Assembly (NCBI RefSeq): GCF_016432865.1
Contig: NC_067403.1
Span: 248,062,001 to 248,126,000 of the forward strand
DNA: 64,000 nucleotides
Origin: Antechinus flavipes
Lineage: Eukaryota
Direction of reading: 5' to 3'
Shown: in pieces, positions 1-10,544 of the stretch
Numbering within the stretch: position 1 is the stretch's first letter
Layout: each line of letters starts with the position of its first letter
Position numbers and translations under genes: made by a program
The notes under the pieces: generated by a model
The model's input: the letters and a program-made list of their open reading frames with translations, nothing else
The model's database searches: none
Told to the model about the DNA's origin: nothing

Positions 1-949
1 AAAGGTTTTGTGTGTCATAGGGTTTTAAGTATTGATGATCTAGATAATGTATTTGAAATAGACATGAAACAGCCTGAGATTGAGTATATTATCAAAATTT
101 TGTGCCAGGAACTGTACTTGAATCATTTCAAGAAATTTAAAAGAATACACATAGCCTATGAGCTGGCAAATAAAGAAGAAGATACTAGAAATCCATGAAC
201 CAAGCAGCAGTGGTAGCTGTAGAGATGGTGTCCTCAAAGCTGAACTAAAAAGATAAGGGAGGAAAAGGGACAATGAGAGATCAGAGAACTATAACAGAGA
301 GGAGAGAGTTGGCAGGCAGGGTGCAACATTGCATAGTGGACTAACTTCTGAATCTGAAATCAGGAAGACCTTAGCTAAAAGTCCCATCTCAGACAATCAT
401 AATTCAATTCAGACAATCACTCTGCCTGCTTCACCTGCAAAAATGGGGATTATGAATATTACCTATTATTAGTAGACTGCCAGATCCTGGAAGACCACTT
501 TGAACCATGTATTTGAACCAAAACTGCTTCTTGTAATCACATCTTCTAGGTCTGAGGAAAATTTCAAGATAGAATATATTTCCCTAAATTCCCTATTTTG
601 TCTGTCCAAAAAGAAGCATTACAACATTCTCTCATATTTTTTTCTTTTTAAAAAAAGTAACATATTTTCTTCTTCTTGTGTTTATTATATATAAAACTCA
701 TCAAGCAGTTATGAATATTGTAGTCTATCCTAAAATTTTTCATATACTCACATATGTAGATATATATGTTTGTATATATACGAATGTGAATTTAATTTAT
801 TATTTCTTATTATTGTCATTACTTAATAATTTCATATTATGATATTACATTATGCATTATGTATATTGCCTATTGCATTATGCATTATGACCTATAAGAT
901 CCTACTCTTTCATTTCATTCTCTCATGTCATTTCCCCTGAACTGAACAA

Positions 950-1700
950 TTGCTAATTTTCTTCTCAATTCGACCATTTGGTGAATTGGTTCAACTCTAT
1001 ACTGTATTCTCTAGTTTGCTGATAATATTGCTGATTACACCAAGCCATATCTCAGTCTTGGAACACTCCCACCATTCTCTACTTTTTCTTCCATCCATAT
1101 GCTGGTGAACTAAAATGGGGAAAAGTATACAACCATTCTGAACTGAGTCAAGTAATTTGCTCAACTTCATCTGTGCCTTCATAGCTGCTTAAGCAATCCC
1201 ATCTCAACTTCCTTGTCAATCTACCATTCCATTCTAGACAAAGGCTTTTTGAAAGCTTTTTATCTTTCTTTAAACATCCCTTGGCTACCCTCTCACTCTC
1301 TTGCCTAAGAACCTTGCCTTATATTTTACAAAAAAAGATTGAGGCCATTCCTGTGAGCTTTCTTTTTTCCCATTCTCCTCAGTTCTTGTCACTGAGATGT
1401 CTCTGTGGTATCTTCAACTTCACTATCATCCCATGATTAAGTGGCCTTAGTCTTTCTCATGGGTTACCCCTTTACTTTTTCAAATTATCCTATTCCATCC
1501 CATTTCCTTCAACAATTTGCTTCCTTTTTAATCATCACTCTTTCTTTTATTTGTAATATCCTCCTCTTAAGTGGTTCATTCCCATTACCTACAAATAGGC
1601 ATGCATCTCCCCAATTCTAAAAATCACCACACTTAATTGTTGCATCCCTAGCATCAGCCTATAGCTTTTCTTTCCTTTTTAGCTTAATTCCTTTAAAACA
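950..1700 (+). mobile_element. L2 LINE fragment (paralog about 48760-49420)
   Basis: agaaccttgccttatattttaca...attgaggccattc resembles the L2 ORF2 3' region; degraded. Confidence 0.55.
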
Positions 1701-1708
1701 CTATTTAT

Positions 1709-1852
1709 GGGGAAACTAAAATGGAGCAGGGGGTAGAGTACCAGCCCTGAAGTCAAGAGAACTTGAGTTCAAATCTGGCCTCAAACACTTAATACTTCCT
1801 ATCTGTGTGATCCTGGGCAAGTCACTTAACCCCAATTGCCTCAGCAAATAAA
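1709..1852 (+). mobile_element. WSINE1-type tRNA/CORE SINE
   Basis: gccctgaagtcaagagaacttgagttcaaatc...gggcaagtcacttaaccccaattgcctcagc followed by an A tail. Confidence 0.85.
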
Positions 1853-1971
1853 GACCATGGAAAACAGGTGCCTTTACACTCTCTCTCCTCTCATTCTCTT
1901 CTTAATTTCTTCTACTTTGACTTCTGGCATCATTTCAGTGAAACTTCCCTCTCCAAAGTTAGCAGTGAAAA

Positions 1972-2062
1972 ATGGGGGAGAGAGAAAGGAAAGAGCAAGA
2001 GAAAAGGGAAAAGGAAACAGAAGGGAGAGAAGGAAAAGGGAAGAGGGGAGGAAAAGGGGGAG
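1972..2062. repeat. Polypurine tract (paralogs about 12405-12500 and 49410-49500)
   Basis: About 90 nt of almost only G and A. Confidence 0.85.
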
Positions 2063-2247
2063 CAATGAGTTTACTTTTATTGACCAAAGGAAGGGGTAGA
2101 ATCTGTAAGGACAGTTTGGTTTCATAAAGCTTAACTAGTCAGTTACTGGAAGACAAAATGAGTCTTTGTAATTCAGTGAATAAGCAAATGTTATTTTATG
2201 TCATTATATCCCCAATTGCCTAGTACATAATGCACTCTAAATTAAAG

Positions 2248-2253
2248 TTTATT
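2248..2253 (-). terminator. Candidate polyadenylation signal AATAAA for OR-1 (paralogous at 12683-12688 and 49686-49691)
   Basis: Plus-strand tttatt is retained at the homologous 3' position in all three OR-1/2/6 units. Confidence 0.4.
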
Positions 2254-2324
2254 TGTAGATTTAGAGCTCCTAGATTGTAACAAAGCAAATCTATCACCTA
2301 CTTCACTATTCTCATAAAATCACT

Positions 2325-2600
2325 AATTTTGAGCTGAAAAAGACTGAAATGTTCATCTAGTCCAAAACTTTCACTATGCAGATAAGGACATTAAAGCCCA
2401 TTAAGGTGATCTGACTTGTCTAAGTGAACATCAGAAGTAGGATTTAGACTGGGTGTTTTCATGTCTGCACTGTAATATACTCATGGATATCTATCACAGT
2501 TCCTAAAAATCAGTGGTAGAGACTTTGGTCTCATAGTTAGTGTTAGTGTCAGCATTTGAATCCATATTTCTCCTCACTCTAAGTGTAATCTCTTTTCCTC
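2325..2600 (-). mobile_element. MIR/MIR3 SINE fragments (paralog about 12765-13030)
   Basis: gagctgaaaaagact...atctagtccaa...cagataagga...gtgatctgacttgtc...gtaggattt. Confidence 0.55.
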
Positions 2601-2721
2601 TTATAGCACATTGTATCTAGAAAAGGGAGAACTGAGCTTAAGGATATTTAAGATAATATCATGATGGGGACTAAAGTCTAGAGAATGATATTTCAGATTT
2701 TATTTTCTCTTAAGCAAAATG

Positions 2722-3657
2722 CTAAGCCTTATGAAGTCTTTTCCCCCATAAAACTTTCCTGAAAGCCACATGAATCTCTTTATTCCTCATGGTATAGACT
2801 AGAGGGTTCAACATGGGAATGATCATGGTGTAGAATATTGAAGTCATTTTGTCTGTGTCCATAGAATGGTTAGAGTTGGGTTGTAAGTACATAAAGATGA
2901 CTGTTCCATAAAATATGGACACCACAGAGAGGTGAGAAGCACAAGTAGAGAAGGCTTTCTGGCGGCCCTCAGTAGATTGGATCTTCAGGATGGCAGCAAA
3001 GATGAATGAATAGGAAATGCAGATAAATAGAAGTCCAAAGGTAGCAGTGAATCCTCCTAAGATAAAGAGTATCACTTCATTGATGTATACATCAGAGCAG
3101 GAGAGAGCCAGGAGAGGAGGGATGTCACAGAAGAAGTGATGGATGACATTGGATCCACAGAAGGAGAGGCTAAAGGTCTGTCCAGTGACAATAGCGGAAT
3201 TAAAAAATCCACTAACGTGTGCAATAATGGTCAGATATGTACATACACTCGATGTCATGATGGTGGTATAATGTAGGGGCCTACACACAGCTGTGTGTCG
3301 ATCATAGGCCATAACAGCCAGGAGATAAATTTCAGTGGTGACAAAACTTGAAAAGAAGAACATTTGTGCAGCACATCCATTGTAGGAGATAACCTTTCCC
3401 CCTGTGAGAAAACCAGCCATAACCTTGGGTGTGACAGCTGAGGAATAACCAAAATCTACTAGAGAGAGATTACTGAGAAAAAAGTACATTGGAGTATGCA
3501 AGCGGGAGTCCCAGGATATAATGACTACTATCCCCAAGTTCCCCACAAGGATGATCAGATAGATAATAGTGAATATTATCAGAAGGGGAACTTGAAGCTC
3601 TGGAGTATCTGTTATTCCTTTGAGAATGAACTCACTCACCTCTGTTCTGTTCTTCAT
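2722..3657 (-). CDS. OR5B: Olfactory receptor, OR5B subfamily, intact (OR-1, 311 aa)
   Basis: Full ORF with N-glycosylation site NRT and the motifs GN (TM1), [47 protein letters not shown] and [14 protein letters not shown] and PLHYTT.MT are OR5B-like. Symbol is subfamily level only; 1:1 orthology is not established. Confidence 0.95.
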   Translation of the reverse strand: MKNRTEVSEFILKGITDTPELQVPLLIIFTIIYLIILVGNLGIVVIISWDSRLHTPMYFFLSNLSLVDFGYSSAVTPKVMAGFLTGGKVISYNGCAAQMFFFSSFVTTEIYLLAVMAYDRHTAVCRPLHYTTIMTSSVCTYLTIIAHVSGFFNSAIVTGQTFSLSFCGSNVIHHFFCDIPPLLALSCSDVYINEVILFILGGFTATFGLLFICISYSFIFAAILKIQSTEGRQKAFSTCASHLSVVSIFYGTVIFMYLQPNSNHSMDTDKMTSIFYTMIIPMLNPLVYTMRNKEIHVAFRKVLWGKRLHKA

Positions 3658-3686
3658 GGATATTATTTGGGAAATGAATCATTTAC

Positions 3687-3710
3687 CTATAATAAAAAAG
3701 AAATTAAGTA
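3687..3710 (-). other. 3' splice acceptor of the OR coding exon (paralogous AG at 14118, 26062, 39343, 50886, 58987)
   Basis: A polypyrimidine tract plus YAG lies 12-30 nt upstream of the ATG in all six genes that retain a 5' end (e.g. tttcttttttattatag, tttctttcttgttacag). OR genes typically have a non-coding first exon. Confidence 0.75.
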
Positions 3711-3718
3711 AATATTTA

Positions 3719-3779
3719 TATGTGTGTATATGTGTGTGTTTATGTATGCATGTAGGTAGAGTCAGGAGACATTTAGTGT

Positions 3780-3822
<43 letters not shown>
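3719..3822. repeat. (TG)n microsatellite in the OR-1 intron
   Basis: Direct reading. Confidence 0.95.
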
Positions 3823-3825
<3 letters not shown>

Positions 3826-4249
3826 CCCATGTTTAACTGTAGCCTGCTTCGGGAAGTTGGGGGTGATGAAAGTTGGAAAAAGAATAATGTAAAAATTGCA
3901 TAGCACTGAACAAAAGAATAACTTGCAAAGAAGCTGCAAAAAGATAGACAGTATATTCGTAGAATTGCAAAATGATACAACCATTTTGAAGAGCAATAGA
4001 ATTATGCCCAAGTAGTTTTCAAAATACCTGTACCCTTTGCATATAATTAGCAATTATTATTATATATATACTTTATAGAATTGGAAATTTATTGTTACAT
4101 ATTTTGACTCCTCCTTGATGCTTGGCACATGAAAATGTTTTATATTGTTAGTTCATATTTTTGGTATTTTGTTTTTTTCTTATCTTGTATTTAGTTTTTA
4201 AATAATGAATATTTTCAAATGATTCCTAAGCACAATGGAGTTCTCTGAA

Positions 4250-6076
4250 GTATTAACTCTGGTGTTATGTATTGAACATATTGGCGCATTTGAGACATTG
4301 TGAATGGGGAGCAAATTGCAAGGTCTATTTGATTAGATTAGAAAGTGTGTAAGGGGAATAATAAGAAATAAAAATGAAGAAAATAAGAAAGTCAACCAAG
4401 TGGAGAGATACAAAATCATATGGAAATTTTTTTTTAAAAAGGAACTCATAAGTCAAATAAGAGAGAATGAGGGAAAATTAGTGAGATAAAAGCAATCCAA
4501 GAGATTTAAGAAAAGTTATCCAATTAGAAAAAAGAGACAAAATCTTAAGGAAGAAAATTACTAGGGTTGGGCAAGTGGAATTGAATGATATTATAAGACA
4601 TTGTAATATAATAAAATTAGAAAAAGTAGAACAGAATATGTTGTACCTCATTAGAAAAACAATTGATCAGAAGAACAAATTGAAGAGAGGCAATTTAAGA
4701 ATTGTCAAATTACTTGCAAGTTATGATAAAAACTTAATTTGGATGCAATATTACAGGAAATTATTAAGGAAAATTTCCCTGAAGTTCTAGAACACTAAAG
4801 CAAAGTAGAAATTGAAAGAATACACCAATTACCAGCTGAAAGATGTTGTAGAAAGAAAAATTATAGGAATGTCAGAGCCACATTTCAAAATTCCCAAGTT
4901 AAAAAGAAAATATTGCAATTAAGAAGAAACAAAAACAATTTAAATACTATAGAAAAACAATCAGGATTTCATAAGATCTAGCAGCTTTCACACTAAAAGA
5001 CTATAGGTCCTAGAATATTATATTTTGAAGAGCAAAGGAGAAGAATAACTTATCTACCAAAGATGCATATAATCTAGAATGAAAAAAGAACATAAACTGG
5101 TAGACTTTCAGGTATTTGTAACAAAAGACCAGAACTTAATGAAAATTCAATATAAATATTTCAGAATAAAGGGAATTACTAAATAGTACTTATAATAAGT
5201 TTAAACTGCTTCTGGTATATGAAAATGTTATCAGTATGCTTAAAACTTATCATTATTAAAGTAGTTTGAAAGAAAGGTTGTGACTGAGATATGTATGATG
5301 TGGTGATTTTAAAAAACAACTTGGGTAGGAAAAGTCCAAAAGGCCCAATTATCTCATAAAAACAAAATTTTAGAGAAAGAACTAATATTGCCGAATGAGA
5401 TGGAAGCTGAGGGCTGATAATATTGGAACCTTTATTTTCATTTGGGTTGAAGAAGAAACAAGGTGTGCATCTGAGAAAGTTTAAGTCTCCTCAATTTCTA
5501 GAGAAATGAGAAAAGTGGGGATAAAGTGGAGGAAGGATTTTTAAAAGGGTGCATAGGATAAAATTAGAAGTGTGGGGGAGAAAATAAGGGAGGGACTTTT
5601 AGAGGAGTATGTACAATGAGAAATAAGAGGGTAAAGAGAAGAGAGAAGGTAATAGAGATGGGATAAAAAGAGAGATTGAAAAGGAACATAGTAAGTAAAA
5701 ATAAGAGAAGAAAATTCACAAATAGTAATTAGAATTCTGCCAAATCTGTATGAATACCACTCATTTCCCAATTGAGAAATGGTGTAAAGGGTAGAAAGAG
5801 GCAATTTTCAATGAAAGAATCAAAACAATTGATAAGCAGTTAAAAATGTTTTAAATCATTATTAATGAGAGAAATGCAAATGAAAATAATCTTCAGATAT
5901 CATTGTACACCAATAAGATTAGCTAAAAAGATTGAAGAGGAAAGTGAAAAATTTTGGAGAAGATGTGGGAAAATTGGGATGCTAATTTATTGTTTGTAGA
6001 ATTGCAAAATGATACAACCATTTTGAAGAGCAATGGAATTATGCCCAAGTAGTTTTCAAAATACCTGTACCCTTTG
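4250..6076 (+). mobile_element. Degraded, internally deleted L1 (ORF1 region then ORF2 C-terminal region)
   Basis: ORF1-like caggaaattattaaggaaaatttccctgaagttctagaa...gaaattgaaagaatacac at about 4750-4830; ORF2 end attagctaaaaagattgaagagg...gatgtgggaaaattgggatgc at about 5920-5980. Confidence 0.75.
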
Positions 6077-6289
6077 CATATAATTAGCAAGCATAGTATT
6101 CAGTAATAGCCATAACAGCAAGGGCTATGAATGAACATTATTTTGTGTATTTTAAATACCCAAGTTAACTCTAAAGAACATAAAAAGAAACATACTGTCT
6201 TCATCCAGAGCACAAACTGATCAACGGAAGTATATATGGAATAATCTTATCCTTTCCTTTGGTCTTATCCTCAACCCTCCCTGAGGGGG

Positions 6290-6915
6290 TAAGCAATGTG
6301 TTATAGGTTATACATTGTGCAATCGTGTAAAAACTTCTAATATTTGTCATTTTGTAAAAGAACATTAGAATAAAAGGAAAATGAAAGCAAGTGAAAAATA
6401 TCATGTTTTCGTCTGTATTTAATAAATATTAGTTCTTTCTCTGGAGATGGAGAGTATGCTTCATCATTGATCCCTTGGGATTGTCTTGGATCATTGTATT
6501 GCTGAGAAGAGCTAAGTCATCCTTTGTTCCTCATTGAATATTATTGGCTATTACTTTGTACGATGCTCTCCTAGTTCTGTTCACTTCATTATGCCTCAGT
6601 TCATGTCAGTTTTTCAGGTTTTTCTGAAATTTCTGGAAATCTGAAATTTTCTGAAATTCTACTTGTGATTTCTTATATCATCATAATAATATTCTATTAT
6701 GATCGCATACGACATCTATTTTAGTCATTCCCCAATTGATTGGAGCATCCCTTTGATTTCCAATTTTTAGTCACCACAGAAAGAGCAGATATAAATATTT
6801 TTTGTGTCATTAGGTTCCTTTCCATTTTGGGGGATATAGAGATAGTAGAAGTGGTAATCATTGGATCAGAGGTCCACAGAATACAGAATGCACAATTCTA
6901 TAGCTTTAGGGGCTT
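6290..6915 (-). mobile_element. L1 3' end fragment (paralog about 15440-16045 with the same breakpoint)
   Basis: ggattgtcttggatcattgtattgctgagaagagctaagtc...ccccaattgattggagcatccc is marsupial L1 3' UTR/ORF2 end. Confidence 0.85.
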
Positions 6916-7519
6916 TGGGACTCATCTTTCTGTGTATTTTATGGATTCTTGTCCATGTCCTTTTTATCACATTCATTTTGTTCAGCATGAAATAAAGGCT
7001 ATTTTATCTTGTATATTTCCTTTGTCCATAGGAGAAGAGGAAATATACATTTAGGAAAATCTAAACATAAGCTATCACAAGTTTAATTTGAAGAGGTTCC
7101 TGAATTAAATCTAGCTTGGAGCAATGAGCAAAAGACAAAAAAATGACATTTTGTGTCAGACATCCAGCATTGATCATAATCTCTCTAAAATTTCAATCTT
7201 GTTGGGGAAAAGAATGGGGAGTTTGGAGTATTTTTATTATACTATTTTTTCTTTCAAGATTTGAACATTAATTTCATTAGCATAGGGAATTTGTAGTGAG
7301 GAAACCTCTATCAAATGACTGCCTTAAAATTTAGTCTTAAGAGAGTTGCCTAAAGGGGATATAATGCATATAAAATAGCTTGACCAAAGACATCAGAGGC
7401 ATTGCCTAAGTTGAGGTTTACAGTCCCTGAAGTTGCCTAGCCATGTGCCTCTGAATTGTATATTTTTTTCTTATAGGAATATATATTTTGATTTCTGAAA
7501 TCTCTTAAGATATCTTGGG

Positions 7520-7905
7520 GTTTATAGACTGGATTTCATTTTTAAGGACCATGCTTTAAACCCAAATCACTCTGGCTCTTATTGATTGGTCATTAGGTCC
7601 CAGGTCAAGCTGCATTGCTTCATTGTTTGGGTTTGGATGGCTCAGAGTGAGATGCTTTGGCAAGAAACCTGGAGGGTCTTTCTATTACAGATTGATTTTT
7701 TCACTAGGTAAAAACATCATTTCTTAAACACTTAATCATAGCCTTCATTACTAAGTAGGCATTATCTCAGACAAAATTGCACCCAGGACTATCTCCAGAA
7801 ATCCTGGTCTATAACTTGCCTTTTCTTCACATAAATCTAATTCACTTGCATGTCATGGCTTCACCTCCCTAATGTCATTAGTCCTTTCACAGCAATGATA
7901 ATTTT
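7520..7905 (-). mobile_element. WALLSI4-like marsupial SINE
   Basis: ccatgctttaaacccaaatcactctggctcttattgattgg...cacttgcatgtcatggcttcacctccctaatgtcat; family name from memory. Confidence 0.6.
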
Positions 7906-8254
7906 TTTCTTATTTCCTTATCTAGCTACATTTTCTATTTTTAAAGTTAGACATCAATTTCTTAAGAATATCCTTGGGATATAAGTCAATGAATGAGATA
8001 TAGAAGGCACTTAGTAAGATAAATTACATTGAATTGTTGAATTTCAGATAACACAAATTTTTGCGTCTCACTTTGCCTGACTAAGAGGATAATAACTTTA
8101 ATATTAAATAAGACAAAAAGTGTTTATACAGTCTAAAATCTCAAGGACTATAAAAGTAGAAGTTATTATTTCTCATATAGACTTTGGCACTTATACATGA
8201 TAATGATGAGACAGTTCTCTATAGAATATACAAACAGAGTTTTTAAGGCAATTA

Positions 8255-8475
8255 GATTTAGTGGACAGAGCTAAGGACTTAAGTTTGAAGAAAATTTGGA
8301 ATAGAATTCTACCTCAGATACTTATAATCTATGTGAGCCCAAACAATTCATTAAATTTTCCCATTTTCAGTTTTTCTTTATGGAAAAATGTAATGACAGT
8401 TGTAGCACTTACCTTTTAGGATCATTATGAGTTTCAAATGAAATCATTGCTTTAAAGCATTTTGAAAACCCTAAA
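8255..8475 (+). mobile_element. MIR SINE (paralogs about 18565-18790 and 53575-53830)
   Basis: agtggacagagc...ctcagatactta...tagcacttacct...gagtttcaaatga...aaagcattttg. Confidence 0.75.
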
Positions 8476-9239
8476 GCAAAATATAAATAAAATATGTTAC
8501 TACTGAGCTTGAAACCATATCTTTTTTTAATTTTAAATCTGTTCCAAATTTCAACATCATAATTTGTACACGTGTGCCCTTATTATTATTCACTGATTTG
8601 TTGTTAAATGTTCATTATCATTAGTCTCTTCTCAGATTGCTTCTTTACTTAAAGCAAGACAATAAATGGGAAAAGCAGGAGCATGGTTTATAACAATGAC
8701 TGTCTTTTATGAGGACAATAATCTTGATTTTATGGTTGATACTTAGATTCAGAGTGATGAAATAATTTGCTATGATTTCACAGGTAAAAATTTTTTTAGA
8801 AATAAGATCTGAAACTAATCTTCCAGATTCCAGATTTAAAATCTTAAAACATAATGTCCTACAGTCCCAACAGATGAATTTTGCATTTTTCATAATCTGA
8901 ATGGCTCATGGAGAAAGGTTGATGGGCCTTTGTAAGGGAAAGATGGCCAGGCACCTTTACAGGGGTCAGGTCGTTGAAATTTTCGACTGAGAAAGGAAAT
9001 GAATATGATGAAGAAAGTCTCCCCTGATGCTAAGTATTCAAAGGTCTTTAGTTCTGGAGACATCATCCTTGGCCATTGCTGTTTCATGGAAGGCAGTAGA
9101 TTTAATGATCTTTCCTTGTGTTGAAAGACAAAATGAACAATGGAAACCAAATGAATGAGTGACTCAGACTCCTTCACTAGATTGGTCTCATAGCATTGTG
9201 CTCTATAAGAGATATATGTTATATAACTATGACTCAAGA

Positions 9240-9390
9240 TGTGGATTAGGGAGGGATTTTCTACAGACTTGGGAGTCTGTGCCCCCTTGGAGAAAATTGG
9301 CTCTATAGCCAATTAATAAACAAACCATTAAATTCTTCCCTGACCAGGGGGATCAAACTGATTGTCCATGGAGATTATTTCCCTATAACT
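9240..9390 (-). promoter_or_regulatory. Candidate promoter module of OR-1
   Basis: Non-repeat block homologous to blocks upstream of OR-3, OR-4, OR-6 and OR-7. Plus-strand motifs: ccttggaga 9285-9293 (O/E-like), cattaa 9326-9331 (homeodomain TTAATG on minus), ttccctgaccagggg. Confidence 0.65.
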
Positions 9391-10544
9391 TTGTTTTTCT
9401 TTGTTCATTGTTAGGGATGTAGAGCAGAAAAAGCCTTTGTTATTGGGCATCCTGACCTTGAGCTCCTAGCAATGGGACCTTGAACAAGGCACTTAACTAC
9501 TATTTGTTTGAACTTGCTCATTTGTCAAATAAGGCTAGCAGTCCTTCCCTGTGTAGCTTATAGAATTGTGAGGTTCAAATATCATACTGAATTATGATGT
9601 ACTGCAGGACAAAAAGTATTAAAAATTAAGAGTTCAGAGAGCCAGTTAAAGTCCTAGAGCTACCTCTTATTTATTAACTTTGTCACATTGTTTTCTCAAC
9701 CTCAGTTGGCCAATCTGTAAAATTATAACTGTACATCTTTACCCTTGCAAAGTCTCCTTAGGGACTATGTTCCTGAAGGATATATGCATATAAAGTTCTA
9801 GTAGAAGGAATACTATAGATTTAGTTTGATGAGTTCTAAGCTAAGTAGTTTACAAAATCTTTCTCATGGTATTCTGGGGACAAGATACAGAGAAGCAGGT
9901 TAGACATGAGCACACTTAGAATAAATTGGAACTGGATGAATGGCCATAACTGGAGAATAGCTAATGGCTCAATTTAACTCAAAAACTATACTCTAGTAGG
10001 GAACTTCAAGAATTGGTCTTGGCCCTGTGCTAGCCCACATCTTTTAGTAAGTATAAATATAATCCCTATTTCTAGATTTCTATAAAAAAGCAGTCTAAAT
10101 GGGTCTCTATCTCATATACAATCACAGCAAATCAATCTTGAGAAATCCTTTATTTGATTTTACAGAAAAAATCAAAATATTAAAAATATCAAACCCTATA
10201 GGAATCCCTATCCAAATACTGAAACAGCTAAAGCACCCAAAGAATTGATCAGTTGGAACCGAATTGAAGCTAGAGTTGCCATTATGGTACCATGCTGATA
10301 TCCTATTGAAATCCCTTTCTTCCACAGAAACCCTTGTAAGTTTCAGGACTACCTTATGATTTATATGCCTTCTTGTAGGTATTCCTACATTGGGTGTTAT
10401 TAAAGAAGTCACTTTCCACTGAATCTGCACTATCCAAGTAATTCACTGGTTTTGCTGTCCAAGTATGAGGCTGTGTAGGAATTAAATCATTGATCCTCTT
10501 TCTCAAAAATATATTGATGATTGATGGTGATGATGCTAATGGCA

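Noticed and set aside
1709-1780. tRNA-like A/B boxes (gagttcaaatc)
   Set aside because: SINE heads; no cloverleaf acceptor stem.
3255-3711. Short alternative-frame and antisense ORFs inside OR CDSs, recurring in paralogs (e.g. 50454-50919, 25739-25990, 38522-38716)
   Set aside because: Shadow ORFs whose similarity is explained by conservation of the OR coding sequence.
8645-9312. 82- and 140-aa sense-strand ORFs upstream of OR-1
   Set aside because: No recognisable domain and not kept open in the OR-2 or OR-6 paralogous sequence.
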